Translations under genes and position numbers: made by a program | Assembly (NCBI GenBank): GCA_963796965.1 | Contig: CAWCNS010000004.1 | Location: forward strand, 224,001 to 288,000 | DNA from: Calditrichia bacterium | GTDB lineage: Bacteria > Calditrichota > Calditrichia > JAJRVZ01 | Direction: 5' to 3' | DNA length: 64,000 nucleotides | Part shown: one piece after another, positions 1-9,002 of the stretch | Position numbering within the stretch: position 1 is the first letter of the stretch | Layout: each line of letters opens with the position of its first letter | Notes under the pieces: model-generated | Told to the model about the DNA's origin: nothing | Seen by the model: the letters and a program-made list of their open reading frames with translations, nothing else | Database searches by the model: none

Positions 1-2
1 TC

Positions 3-1103
3 ACAGATGCTATTGTAACTGACAGTCTGATCAAAAAGTTTTATAACGAATATTCGCCTCAGTACCGTATGGCTTATATTATGCGGCCATTTGTGGAAAA
101 TTCTACGGAAGAATTTATTCAATCCCAAAAAGATACCATTGAATATGTATATAGTTTGTTGCGGTCAGGACAAAAATTTACTGACTTAGCAAAAAAATAT
201 TCACAGGATATAACGTCCAATCATAAGGGTGGGGATATTGGTTTTGTCATTAACGAATCTTTAGGTGGTGCAAAACTTAGGGAAGTTATGGACTCCTTAG
301 ACCAATTCTCTACCTCAGGCCCATTTAAAGGGTATGGCGGATTTTATATCATGTACAAGGGAGAAAAACGCGATGTTGTTGTTCCCCCTTTTGAAGATGT
401 TAAAGTTAGAATTTGGCAAACACTAAATCGTATACGCGGTCATAAAATAAAAGAGCTGGCTAATCAGCGTTTCGATCTTTTATCGACAAAATACAATTAT
501 AAAGTTGATGAAACTGTAATGAAGGAAATTCAAATAGCAGCCGGAGAAACTAAAACAAATTTACGTAGCGGCTCAGTAGATTTTAGTCTATTAACCGAGG
601 GTGAGCTCGGAAAAACCCTGGCCACATTTAATGGCGGATCAATCAAGGTCTCTGATTTATTTGAAAATCCTAAAAAAGCACCAATAAATATGGATGAGTT
701 TAAAAGACATTTGAAAAGGCGTGCACAAGAACACCTGTATAGTATACATGCCCGCGAGATAGGACTTGACGATACTGAGAAAATTAAAATCCAATTGCTT
801 GACATGGAGAATACCTTGCTCCAAATATTAATTGGTAAGAAAGAAATTAAAGACAAAGCTCAGATAAAACTTGATTCTCTTAAAGTCGCAGAAATGGAGA
901 CAATTGATCCTGCCAAAAGAAAAAGTTATTTTCAGCAAAAATATTTTGAGATTGAACGTGGAATTAGAGCAAACTTTGAGAATCAACTAAAAGATAAATA
1001 TGCATTTAAATATATAACAAATAATTTTAAAGCAGCCTTAGCTGAGGCTACTGTGAAAAAAAATGTACAGAATAAAGAAAGAGAAGAGAAACAATCAAAA
1101 TGA
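3..1103 (+). CDS. PpiC/parvulin-type peptidyl-prolyl isomerase (SurA/PrsA-like), 5'-truncated by the window edge
   Basis: Frame is open from position 3. Parvulin motif 'FTDLAKKYSQD...KGGDIGF...SGPFKGYGGFYI'. Stop overlaps the next ATG (ATGA 1100-1103). Confidence 0.75.
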   Translation, partial: TDAIVTDSLIKKFYNEYSPQYRMAYIMRPFVENSTEEFIQSQKDTIEYVYSLLRSGQKFTDLAKKYSQDITSNHKGGDIGFVINESLGGAKLREVMDSLDQFSTSGPFKGYGGFYIMYKGEKRDVVVPPFEDVKVRIWQTLNRIRGHKIKELANQRFDLLSTKYNYKVDETVMKEIQIAAGETKTNLRSGSVDFSLLTEGELGKTLATFNGGSIKVSDLFENPKKAPINMDEFKRHLKRRAQEHLYSIHAREIGLDDTEKIKIQLLDMENTLLQILIGKKEIKDKAQIKLDSLKVAEMETIDPAKRKSYFQQKYFEIERGIRANFENQLKDKYAFKYITNNFKAALAEATVKKNVQNKEREEKQSK

Positions 1104-2297
1104 AAATAACAAATGTGTTGATAATAATTTTATGTTTTACTCCTGCGTTAATATTTGCCCAACATACAATATCAATAGATGGCAACTTTGAGGACTGGTC
1201 CAATGTACCGGTGGCCGTAACAGATCCGGCTGATGATGCACATGATACGGAAGGGGATTATCCGGATGGGGGACAGCCATCCTACAGAGACTATTCAGAT
1301 GTAGATATTCTTGAAGTTAAATTTACCAATGATGAAAAAAATCTATATGGCTATATAAAGGCAACTGGGAGAAATTGGTCGAACCTCCTCTGATACATTG
1401 GGTCATGTTAGAAAAGGCCGTTATTATTTTATATTTACGATTGATACGGATAATAATGACACCACAGGTTATCGTCTTAAAGAGGGAGGCTATTATCCGG
1501 ATAGCAAGGGATATGATGTCAATATGGAAGTTGAATTTTATAATGGTGCTTTTAATACAGGACATTATATCAATCATGAGTTTTTAACCCAGCATCAATT
1601 AAATACGCAGGGTCCTGTGGATTTGGCCAATGGAGTGATCGATCTGGCGCCGGGTACTTATGACTATTATACCCAATGGGTTACTTTTGATGATTCCAGC
1701 TATGTGATGGTAGCTGATAGAGGTCCCGTTTATCAGGGTATTATAACGATTGCTGTCTCGCCTGATGGACATGAAGCAGAGATTTTGGCTCCCATGTGGG
1801 GTTTCCTAAAAACACCCGAAGGTGATCCTATTGTTGATATTGGTTATACAATGGATATTTCTGCTTCGTTAGAAGCCAGTGGTGAATTATCAGAGCAAGC
1901 CAATGATCCAACAGGTAGTAGCTCATCATGGGGTTCCGATACGGCTGAACCCTTTAAATACACGGTTGTAAATCCAGCCACGGCAATTCAGGCAAAAATT
2001 GATCAGGTAATATTACCGGATACACCGGTTTTACATCCAAATTATCCAAATCCTTTCAATCCACAAACGACTATTTCGTATGAATTACCTGTTACTAGTT
2101 CAGTGAAAGTTGTCATTTATGACATCTTAGGGCGTGAGGTTATCGAATTGGTTGATCAACAACAAAGTGCTGGTCATCATCAGGTTGTCTGGAATGGAAA
2201 AGATTTTGGTGGTAATAGTGTCGGTTCCGGCATATACTTGTATCAATTAAAAACAGGTTCTTATACCCGTGTTCAAAAAATGATTCTTAGTCGATAG
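1100..2297 (+). CDS. Secreted protein with T9SS/FlgD-Ig-type C-terminal sorting domain; one frameshift near 1370-1395
   Basis: Signal peptide plus 'IDGNFEDW' in ORF 1100-1393. ORF 1398-2297 ends 'LHPNYPNPFNPQTTISYELP...IYDILGREV...WNGKD...SGIYLYQL...KMIL'. Confidence 0.75.
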
Positions 2298-2363
2298 GGT
2301 CACCTGTTCTTCAATGATATGTCTAACGCAGAGATCTTAATGCGGTGAATTAAATATCATTCT

Positions 2364-2391
2364 TGTCATTCCGTCCCGGAACGGGATGACA
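2364..2391. repeat. Short palindrome of the GTCAT(C/T)C...GAATGAC family (collapsed copy, reverse orientation)
   Basis: TGTCATTCCGTCCCGGAACGGGATGACA. Its reverse complement contains CCCGTTCCGGGAC, also at 12100 and 25504 and as a variant at 58770. Confidence 0.75.
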
Positions 2392-2417
2392 TATTGTATG
2401 TATTAAAAGGAAATGTC

Positions 2418-2538
2418 TCTCGCAAAGACGCAAAGACGCAAAGGCAAATTTTATATTAGTTTAAACTAATCGCATCTCTATATATGATTAACATTTTTTT
2501 ATAATTTTATATAATTATTTCTTAGCGTCTTAGCGAGA
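2418..2538. repeat. Inverted-repeat element with 8-bp tandem arms (CGCAAAGA family)
   Basis: Left TCTCGCAAAGACGCAAAGACGCAAAG (2418-2443), right CTTAGCGTCTTAGCGAGA (2521-2538), AT-rich spacer. Confidence 0.8.
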
Positions 2539-2686
2539 AATGAAATATCCAATTATTTTATTCTTCATAAATCTAGTTTTTAATCCTTTCAATAGTTAGA
2601 GATAAATCCTAAATTCCTTATAGGTTTTATCGAATAATACCTGAGTCATAATTATAATCTATTCATATTGCCTAAAAGGATAATCC

Positions 2687-5600
2687 ATGCGAATCTCCTT
2701 GCTTGTGTTCCTGTTTTATTTCTTTTTTTCTTCTTTCATTACAGCGAATGTATCTTTTGCTGCTGAAAAAAGTTTGACAGAAAAAATCAGACAAAGTTTT
2801 AAAGATCCTCCCACGGATTGCTGGCCCCATACACGTTGGTGGTGGCCGGGTAACCCCGTGAGTAAAGAAACCATAACCTGGCATCTGGAGCAAATGAATT
2901 CCCATGGTATTAAAGGTGTAGAGCAAATCTCAATGGGAAACTATTATCAAAAAGGAAGTATTCCATTCATGTCCGAAGAGTTTCTGGATATGCTCACCCA
3001 TATGGTTAAAGAAGCCAAACGGCTTGGGATGGAAGTATCCATTAATTATGGTGGACCTGGATGGATAATTGGCGGTGAGTGGGTGCCTGAAGATGAAAGA
3101 AGTAAAGACATCGTTCCAACATCCGCCATTCTAACCGGGCCAATGAAATTCTCTGGTAAATTGCCCGATAAACTTACACGGACAAAACGGTCCTGGGAAA
3201 TTTATAAACCTAAACTTGAAGGAAAAGAAAAACTATTAGCGGTTGTTGCCGGTAAGATCGAAAATAATGTCATCAACGAATCCTCAATTAGAATTCTCAC
3301 AGATAAAGTCAATAATGGCAGAATTGATTGGGAAGTGCCAGGAGGTGAATGGCGATTGATGGCTTTCTGGATGACGCGAAATGATCATGATCACGCTGTT
3401 GATCATTTTAGTACTAAGGCCATGCGAAATTATTGCAATTATTTTGGTGGGGCGCTTAAAGATGCATTTGGTGAGGACTTTGGTGCAACGGTGGAGTCTA
3501 TGTTCATTGATAGTTTTGAATTACCGAATTCAGCAAGCGGTATCTACTGGAGTGATGATCTCCTGGAGAAATATAAGAAATACAAGGGATATGATCTCAC
3601 ACCTTATCTTCCTGCAATTTGGTGGGAAGTTGGTGATATCTCGGCAAAAATCCGTTATGATGTCAATCAATTTTTGCATCATGTGGGATTGGATGTGTTT
3701 TATAAAGAATTTGTCGGATGGTGTGATAGAAATGGAGTAAAGTCTCGCATACAAACCTACGGGTTTACTACGGATAACATACAATCGGCGGGCAGTACAC
3801 ATATCCCAGAAATGGAAATCACCGCTGGTGAAAAAGATGCCATGGACTGGTTCGACACCCGTATAGGTCCCAAAAAATATGTTGCGTCTGGTGCCCATAT
3901 ATATGGAAAAGATGTGATTTCAACAGAAGCCTATACTTTTATGCATTATGAAAGATACCGGGCTACTCTGGAGGAGCTGAAAATTGCTTCGGATAATTAC
4001 TTGAGGGCAGGAACAACAAAATTTTATAATCACGGGTATAGTTTTACACCGGAAAAGGACGTGGCCCCATCCCGGGCTGTTGGTTTTGCCGCAAATATTA
4101 GCCCAACAAATGTTTGGTGGGACTATTATCCGAATTTGGCTGAATATGTTGCCCGGTGTTCCTATTTACTCCGACAAGGCGACTTTAGTCCGGATATTGC
4201 AATCTACTCTCCCCTTGCTAATCAATGGACTCTCAATGTCCTGAATGCCCGAAAGTGGACCAGAGAATTTGACTGGGGAGATTTGGGCGAATTGTTACTC
4301 TCAAACGGATATGATTATGACCTTTTAAATGATGATGCTCTTCAGAATATCGCCCGTATTGAAAATGGTCGGATCGTTATCCGTAATATGGAATATAAAG
4401 TTTTATTACTCCCAGCTATTAAATCTTTACCTCTTGAGACTTTGAAATTTATCCACGATTATGTAAACCAGGGCGGTGTCGTGATTGCTTTGGACAGGAT
4501 ACCGGAAAGTTCTACGGGTTTTGTCGATTATAAAAAAAACGATGTTGAAGTTAAAGAATTGGTTAAGGAATTATTTGAAGAACCTTTTGGACGAGACAAG
4601 GTCGGGACGATAAAACTTGGTAAGGGTCATAGTCATTTTATAAAAATGGTTCTGGAAAGAAAGATCTGGTGGGATAAAAGGAGCAGCCCCCTGGATCCTT
4701 TTATCAATACGATCAAAAAATATATTCCGCCTGATTTTGGAATTGACTTTGTATATGAAGGATTGCGCAAAAATAAAGGCCTCGTTTTTATGCACCGCAA
4801 ACTTGATGACGCTGATATCTATTTTGTCACCAATATTCAGGATATAGCAAGCACAATTCCGGTTACATTCAGAGTAAAAGGAAAAAAGGTCTGGAACTGG
4901 GATCCGTATAATGGGGACATTTCCCCTATTTATCTCTATGAGGAAAACGAAACGGGCACAAAAATTCCACTGAAATTAAAGGCTTATGAGTCTACATTTA
5001 TCGTCTTTGAAAAAGGTCAGATTGATCATGTAACTACAACCAATTTTCATGATATCATAGATCTGACAGACCAAATTGTTATAGGGGAAGCACTTGGAAA
5101 TGGACTGTACCATACCACCATAAAAGCGAACGGGTCATTGATTTCAAAAACGACGACGGTCTCAACTATTCCAGCGCCTTATGAAATTAATGGAAACTGG
5201 AATCTCGCATTAGAAGGAAAAGATTTTAGTGGATTAGATACGACTTTTTCCACCCTCTTTTCCTGGACGGATGTGTCCTATACAAGGCATTGCAGTGGAT
5301 CCGGACGTTATACGATTAAATTTGATTTACCGAAATCCTATTTTACAGATGATATGATATTGTGTTTGGAATTAGGTAAAGTAGGAGAAATAGCAGATGT
5401 TAAGCTAAATGATAAAAATGCAGGAATTATCTGGATGCGCGGACAGAGTATTGATATTTCAAATAGTGTGAAACCGGGCAAAAATATTCTTGAAATTGTT
5501 GTTACCAACACATCCATCAACCGTGTCTCTGGATTTAAAGAAGTACGGCCTGTTCCTGAGGAACTTATTGACCGATTTGGCACGGCAAATTTAAAAGCAA

Positions 5601-5698
5601 TACAGCGAGAATTTGGCTTCGAGCCGTTACCTCCTTCCGGATTAATGGGACCGGTACGGATTATTCCCAGTAAGAAAGTAAAAATCAATATTCAATAG
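2687..5698 (+). CDS. GH106-like alpha-L-rhamnosidase/glycoside hydrolase, secreted (paralog 1)
   Basis: 1003 aa with signal peptide. 'FKDPP...WPHTRWWWPGN', 'MFIDSFE', 'STEAYT' and C-terminal 'LPPSGLMGPVRI' are typical of GH106. Confidence 0.8.
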   Translation: MRISLLVFLFYFFFSSFITANVSFAAEKSLTEKIRQSFKDPPTDCWPHTRWWWPGNPVSKETITWHLEQMNSHGIKGVEQISMGNYYQKGSIPFMSEEFLDMLTHMVKEAKRLGMEVSINYGGPGWIIGGEWVPEDERSKDIVPTSAILTGPMKFSGKLPDKLTRTKRSWEIYKPKLEGKEKLLAVVAGKIENNVINESSIRILTDKVNNGRIDWEVPGGEWRLMAFWMTRNDHDHAVDHFSTKAMRNYCNYFGGALKDAFGEDFGATVESMFIDSFELPNSASGIYWSDDLLEKYKKYKGYDLTPYLPAIWWEVGDISAKIRYDVNQFLHHVGLDVFYKEFVGWCDRNGVKSRIQTYGFTTDNIQSAGSTHIPEMEITAGEKDAMDWFDTRIGPKKYVASGAHIYGKDVISTEAYTFMHYERYRATLEELKIASDNYLRAGTTKFYNHGYSFTPEKDVAPSRAVGFAANISPTNVWWDYYPNLAEYVARCSYLLRQGDFSPDIAIYSPLANQWTLNVLNARKWTREFDWGDLGELLLSNGYDYDLLNDDALQNIARIENGRIVIRNMEYKVLLLPAIKSLPLETLKFIHDYVNQGGVVIALDRIPESSTGFVDYKKNDVEVKELVKELFEEPFGRDKVGTIKLGKGHSHFIKMVLERKIWWDKRSSPLDPFINTIKKYIPPDFGIDFVYEGLRKNKGLVFMHRKLDDADIYFVTNIQDIASTIPVTFRVKGKKVWNWDPYNGDISPIYLYEENETGTKIPLKLKAYESTFIVFEKGQIDHVTTTNFHDIIDLTDQIVIGEALGNGLYHTTIKANGSLISKTTTVSTIPAPYEINGNWNLALEGKDFSGLDTTFSTLFSWTDVSYTRHCSGSGRYTIKFDLPKSYFTDDMILCLELGKVGEIADVKLNDKNAGIIWMRGQSIDISNSVKPGKNILEIVVTNTSINRVSGFKEVRPVPEELIDRFGTANLKAIQREFGFEPLPPSGLMGPVRIIPSKKVKINIQ

Positions 5699-5714
5699 AC
5701 AATACGGATTAATC

Positions 5715-5750
5715 ATGTCAAATGTGAAATGTCAAATGTGAAACGTAGGG
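5715..5750. repeat. Heptamer tandem tract (AATGTCA/AATGTGA) ending in GTAGGG
   Basis: ATGTCAAATGTGAAATGTCAAATGTGAAACGTAGGG. A near-identical tract follows the second GH106 (12050-12081). Confidence 0.75.
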
Positions 5751-5757
5751 CAACATA

Positions 5758-5829
5758 AATATTCAATATCCAACAGCGAATATCCAGCCGGATAAGTAAT
5801 TGAATGTTCCGTGTTGAATATTGATTATT
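5758..5829. repeat. Imperfect inverted-repeat element with ~7-bp periodic arms (AATATTC/AATATCC family)
   Basis: Left AATATTCAATATCCAACAGCGAATATCCA. The right arm's reverse complement is AATAATCAATATTCAACACGGAACATTCA. Confidence 0.7.
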
Positions 5830-5845
5830 CAAAAGGACTATTACC

Positions 5846-6826
5846 ATGAAAAAGTACAATATCCCAAACACAAACTTAGAAACATCTCGCATAGCCTATG
5901 GATGTATGAAACTAGGGGGAACATGGGATCAGGCACCATTTACCCAATCTGATGTTGTTTTAGCAAAAAAGGCGATTATGACGGCATTGGAACAAGATAT
6001 CAATTTTTTTGATCATGCCGATATTTATGCTAAGGGGAAATCGGAAAAAGTGTTCGCCGAAATTATGAAAGATATCCCGGGATTGAGGGAGAAAATAATT
6101 CTTCAATCAAAATGTGGCATACGGTTTCCGGATGATCCGAATCCCGGGAGATCCGGTACGTTATGATTTTCGCTATGAGTATATTATTGAATCAGTGGAT
6201 AGAGATTTTAAAACGACTGAATACGGAGTATCTTGGATATTTTACTTCTTCACGGCCCGATCCCTTGGGAGAACCAGAAGAAGTGGCCCGTGCATTTGAT
6301 CTATTATATCAGAGTGGTAAAGTGCGTCATTTTGGGGTAAGTAATCATAATGGTTCCCAGATTGCATCTTTCTGCAAAAGCATCTTAATCAGAAAATCGT
6401 TGCCAATCAGGTAGAAATAAATCTTTTGCATTCCCATATGATTTACGAAGGTATTATATGGAATATTAAAAATGATCCCATTCCACCGGCTGGTGGAACG
6501 CTTGAATATTGCCGAATGAATGATATCATGATTCAGGCCTGGGGGCCGGTGGCAAGTGGAAAACTGATCGATCCGGAGAAGGATGTGGATGATCGTCATA
6601 AGAGAAACAGTGGGATTGATTGAAAATTAGCGAAACAAAAAAATACCAGCAAAGAGGCGATTGCCATTGGATGGTTATTAAGACATCCGGCAAAAATTCT
6701 TACCAATAATTGGGACTATAAATACAGATCGTATCAAAAAATTGTTTCAGGCGGACTAAGATAGATCTCAGCCGTGAAGAATGGTATTCCCTATTTTCTG
6801 CAGGGCGGGGAAAGTCAATGCCCTAG
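5846..6826 (+). CDS. Aldo/keto reductase (YdhF-like), split by several indels
   Basis: 'SRIAYGCMKLGG', 'FFDHADIYAKGKSE', 'QSKCGIR', 'RPDPL', 'GKVRHFGVSNH', 'IQAWGP' lie in successive frames. Final TAG at 6824-6826. Confidence 0.75.
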
Positions 6827-6840
6827 TAATACAAAGGAAA

Positions 6841-6901
6841 TAAAGTAAAAGGGTAAAGGGTAAAAGGAAAAGAGAATTAGGTATAAGATATAGGGTATAA
6901 G
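6841..6901. repeat. Purine-rich heptamer-like tracts (AAAGGGT; GGTATAA)
   Basis: TAAAGTAAAAGGGTAAAGGGTAAAAGGAAAAG and TAGGTATAAGATATAGGGTATAAG just after the AKR stop. A similar tract lies at 33671-33708. Confidence 0.5.
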
Positions 6902-6963
6902 TGAAAATAATTATTCATTTGAAATTATGATCAATTCATCCCGATAGAAAGAATTAGATTATT

Positions 6964-7143
6964 AACTCGAGAGGTTTTATTTTTGTAGAAAAATATCGTA
7001 ACCCAAAAACATATAATCCTTGTAGAGGATTTATAATTGCTTTTAACAATATATCTACTCCTACCATCAATAATGCATCCTCTACGAGGATGGGTTTTTG
7101 ATTATGCATGCTTTGTTACAATAATTTATCCTCTACAAGGATA
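6964..7143. mobile_element. Non-coding REP/MITE-like element built from ATCCTC(T/G)TAGAGGAT-type hairpins (copy 1)
   Basis: AATCCTTGTAGAGGATT 7015-7031, then inverted ATCCTCTACGAGGAT 7077-7091 and ATCCTCTACAAGGAT 7128-7142. Homologous to 12134-12377. Confidence 0.7.
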
Positions 7144-7265
7144 TGATTATTAGTATATGCGTTTATTTTTCAATTCTGATAAAAATTGTGTGTTTAGTCG
7201 CTGCGTGAAAAAGAATCGGTATAGTGAACTAAATTATTCTAGGTCAGGCATACCGGAGAAATTAA

Positions 7266-8081
7266 ATGAATGGTAGAGCAACTTAAAGAAGTCTTATAGA
7301 TGGAGAAAGAATATACGGAACGGCCATATTGTCTGATTCTTCTTTATGGCCCACTGCTGTTAAACAAAGTGGTATAGATTTTGTGTTTATCGATACGGAG
7401 CATATTCCTATTGGAAGGGAAAAGCTTTCAAATATGTGCCAAATATACAAGGCTACGGGATTGCCTCCCATTGTACGAATTCCCTCACCGGATCCATTTG
7501 AAGCCTGTAAGGTTCTGGATGGTGGGGCTGTTGGAATCATGGCACCCTATGTCGAATCCGTTGATCAGGTCAAAGCCCTCGTTGGTGCAACTAAACTCCG
7601 CCCGTTAAAAGGAAAAAAACTCGATGCTCTTTTGAATAATTCTCAAAATATCGGACATACATTAGATAGTTACATTAGAGCGAGATGCGAAAATAATGTT
7701 CTATGGATAAATATTGAGAGTGTGGAAGCCGTTGAAAAATTGGATAAACTCTTATCAGTTCCAGGTCTTGATGGTGTCGTAATAGGCCCGCATGATCTTT
7801 CTTGCAGCATGGAAGTTCCTGAGGACTATACCAATCCAAAATTTGAGAAAATGGTGAAAAAAATAATCAAACAAACACGCGAAAAAAATCTACCGATTGG
7901 AATACATTTTTCTGAAGAAGCTGAAATGCAAATTAAATGGGCCAATGTGGGGACCAATATTATACTTCAGAGCTCTGATATTTCACTCTTTGGCAAAGCC
8001 TTAAAAAATGATGTGGATAAAATCCGCCAGGGCCTTGATGAGACAATTGATGAGTCAAATTCTGACAAAATTATTATCTAG
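7266..8081 (+). CDS. HpcH/HpaI family aldolase
   Basis: 'GIDFVFIDTEH', 'VRIP', 'LDGGAVGIMAPYVES', 'NIES', 'IGPHDLS'. Likely true start is ATG 7266 after GGAG, in frame with ORF 7329 but with a TAA at 7284 (probable compensating indels). Confidence 0.8.
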
Positions 8082-8236
8082 CCTGTATGTTGTAATTCAA
8101 GTTTATGCGAAAATATAAAAAATAGTCCACGGATAATTCGTGAACAAAATCATTTTTTAGTGCATCCTACAGGTGCGCGATGTTTAATGAATCAAATTAA
8201 TCATCTTTATAAAAAGAGGCATGAATTTTATTTAAA

Positions 8237-8873
8237 TGCCCCAAAGGGGCAATAGCAAAAGCGTAGGGCAACGCCCTATGATTAAAATCCATATTATGTA
8301 TTAGCCCTGAAAGGGCGAAAGCAAAAGAAATATTGTGCCACAGTCATTATCAAAAGTTTATGTACATATAATATTTAGTACCAAAAACCGAGAAAACCTC
8401 ATTGATGAAAGAATTGAAAATTCACTATATGAATATTTGGGTGGTATTTGTAAAGGATTAGAGTGTAATCCCGTTAAGATTGGTGGACATAAGAATCATG
8501 TTCATATATTATGTTTACTCTCACGTAAAGTATCTCAGATGAAATTGCTAGAGGAAATAAAAAAGCAATCATCAAAATGGATCAAGACAAAAGATCCCGC
8601 CTATTCCAATTTTTATTGGCAGGATGGTTATGGTATTTTTTCAATTAATCCTACAGAAACCGATAAGGTCATTAATTATATACAACTTCAACAAGAACAT
8701 CATAAACATAAAAATTTTCAAGACGAATTCATCGCTTTTCTAAAGAAATACCAGGTAGAATATGATGAGCGCTATATATGGGATTAGGCTTACGCCCCAT
8801 CAGGGCTTGGATTTTTATTATTCCAGGTTCACAGGGCGTTGCCCTGTGTTAGTGCTCATGCCCTTTCAGGGCA
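8237..8873. mobile_element. IS200-like/REPtron-like element: tnpA flanked by 86-nt imperfect inverted ends, each with three hairpins
   Basis: Left 8237-8322: TGCCCCAAAGGGGCA, GCGTAGGGCAACGCCCTATG, AGCCCTGAAAGGGCGAAAGC. Right 8788-8873 mirrors it: GCTTACGCCCCATCAGGGCT, CACAGGGCGTTGCCCTGTG, TGCCCTTTCAGGGCA. Confidence 0.85.
8335..8787 (+). CDS. tnpA: IS200/IS605-family Y1 HUH transposase (no adjacent tnpB)
   Basis: 'YVHIIFSTKNR', HUH motif 'NHVHIL', 'FYWQDGYGIFS', catalytic Tyr in 'NYIQLQQEHH'. 150 aa, GTG start. Confidence 0.92.
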   Translation: MPQSLSKVYVHIIFSTKNRENLIDERIENSLYEYLGGICKGLECNPVKIGGHKNHVHILCLLSRKVSQMKLLEEIKKQSSKWIKTKDPAYSNFYWQDGYGIFSINPTETDKVINYIQLQQEHHKHKNFQDEFIAFLKKYQVEYDERYIWD

Positions 8874-9002
8874 ATGGACGATAAAATAAAAGGTAAATAA
8901 CAGACGTAGAGGCCAGCCCCAGCGAAATATAGGCGGGCAAGGCAGAGAAATAATTTTTTTAATATATTATTAATCCGTGGATAAAATCATTTTTTAATTA
9001 TA

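Noticed and set aside
8788..9002. tnpB/IscB or omega-RNA downstream of tnpA
   Set aside because: No RuvC-type ORF follows. The hairpins mirror the left end and the next gene is a GH106.
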